From contig AP038806.1 of assembly GCA_047150005.1 (NCBI GenBank), positions 2,496,001 to 2,560,000 on the forward strand: 64,000 nucleotides of DNA. Direction: 5' to 3'. This stretch comes from Nitrospira sp. GTDB taxonomy: Bacteria > Nitrospirota > Nitrospiria > Nitrospirales > Nitrospiraceae. The notes below the pieces were generated by a model, which saw nothing but the letters and a program-made list of their open reading frames with translations, searched no databases and was not told the origin of the DNA. Positions 63,859-64,000 of the stretch are shown here, one piece after another (position 1 is the first letter of the stretch; the number at the start of each line of letters is the position of its first letter). The position numbers and the translations under genes were made by a program.

Positions 63859-64000
63859 ATGAAAGCAAAAGATGGGGTGATCAATCTGTTGAACAAGATT
63901 CTCACCGCTGATCTGACCGCCATCAATCAGTACTTCGTTCACGCCAAAATGTGCGCGAACTGGGGATATGAGCGGTTGCATCATAAAGTTCGAGAGCGGA
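63859..64000 (+). CDS. bfr: Bacterioferritin, 3'-truncated by the window edge
   Basis: Not in the ORF track. Translates [40 protein letters not shown] after a GGGAGG RBS. Confidence 0.88.
   Translation, partial: MKAKDGVINLLNKILTADLTAINQYFVHAKMCANWGYERLHHKVRER

Overview
This is a GC-rich, gene-dense core-chromosome segment, most likely from Nitrospira/Nitrospirota. That assignment is inferred from a UBact-type proteasome operon and a five-subunit 2-oxoacid:ferredoxin oxidoreductase operon. From left to right it contains: an accessory hypothetical gene and a RAYT-derived inverted-repeat remnant; a GNAT; a fluoride riboswitch in front of a cation:proton antiporter; a CHASE2-sigma54 activator with a TPR/Sel1 partner; HIT, HD, YjbQ and HtrA genes; the arc-dop-ubact-prcB-prcA-pafA operon; a tRNA-Asn(GUU) split by a 246-nt group I intron inside the anticodon; a por-like DABGE operon; rho-rpmE-prfA-prmC-murA-hisGDB; rnhC; rnpB; ilvBNC-psd-pssA; a Leu T-box riboswitch and a MITE-like insert ahead of leuA-leuB-asd; queA; mreBCD-mrdA-rodA-rng-dprA-topA; and the start of a bacterioferritin gene. 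The strongest signals missed by the ORF track are non-coding: the anticodon-splitting ribozyme, the T-box, the fluoride riboswitch and two small non-autonomous elements. All calls come from reading motifs by eye; no database searches were run.
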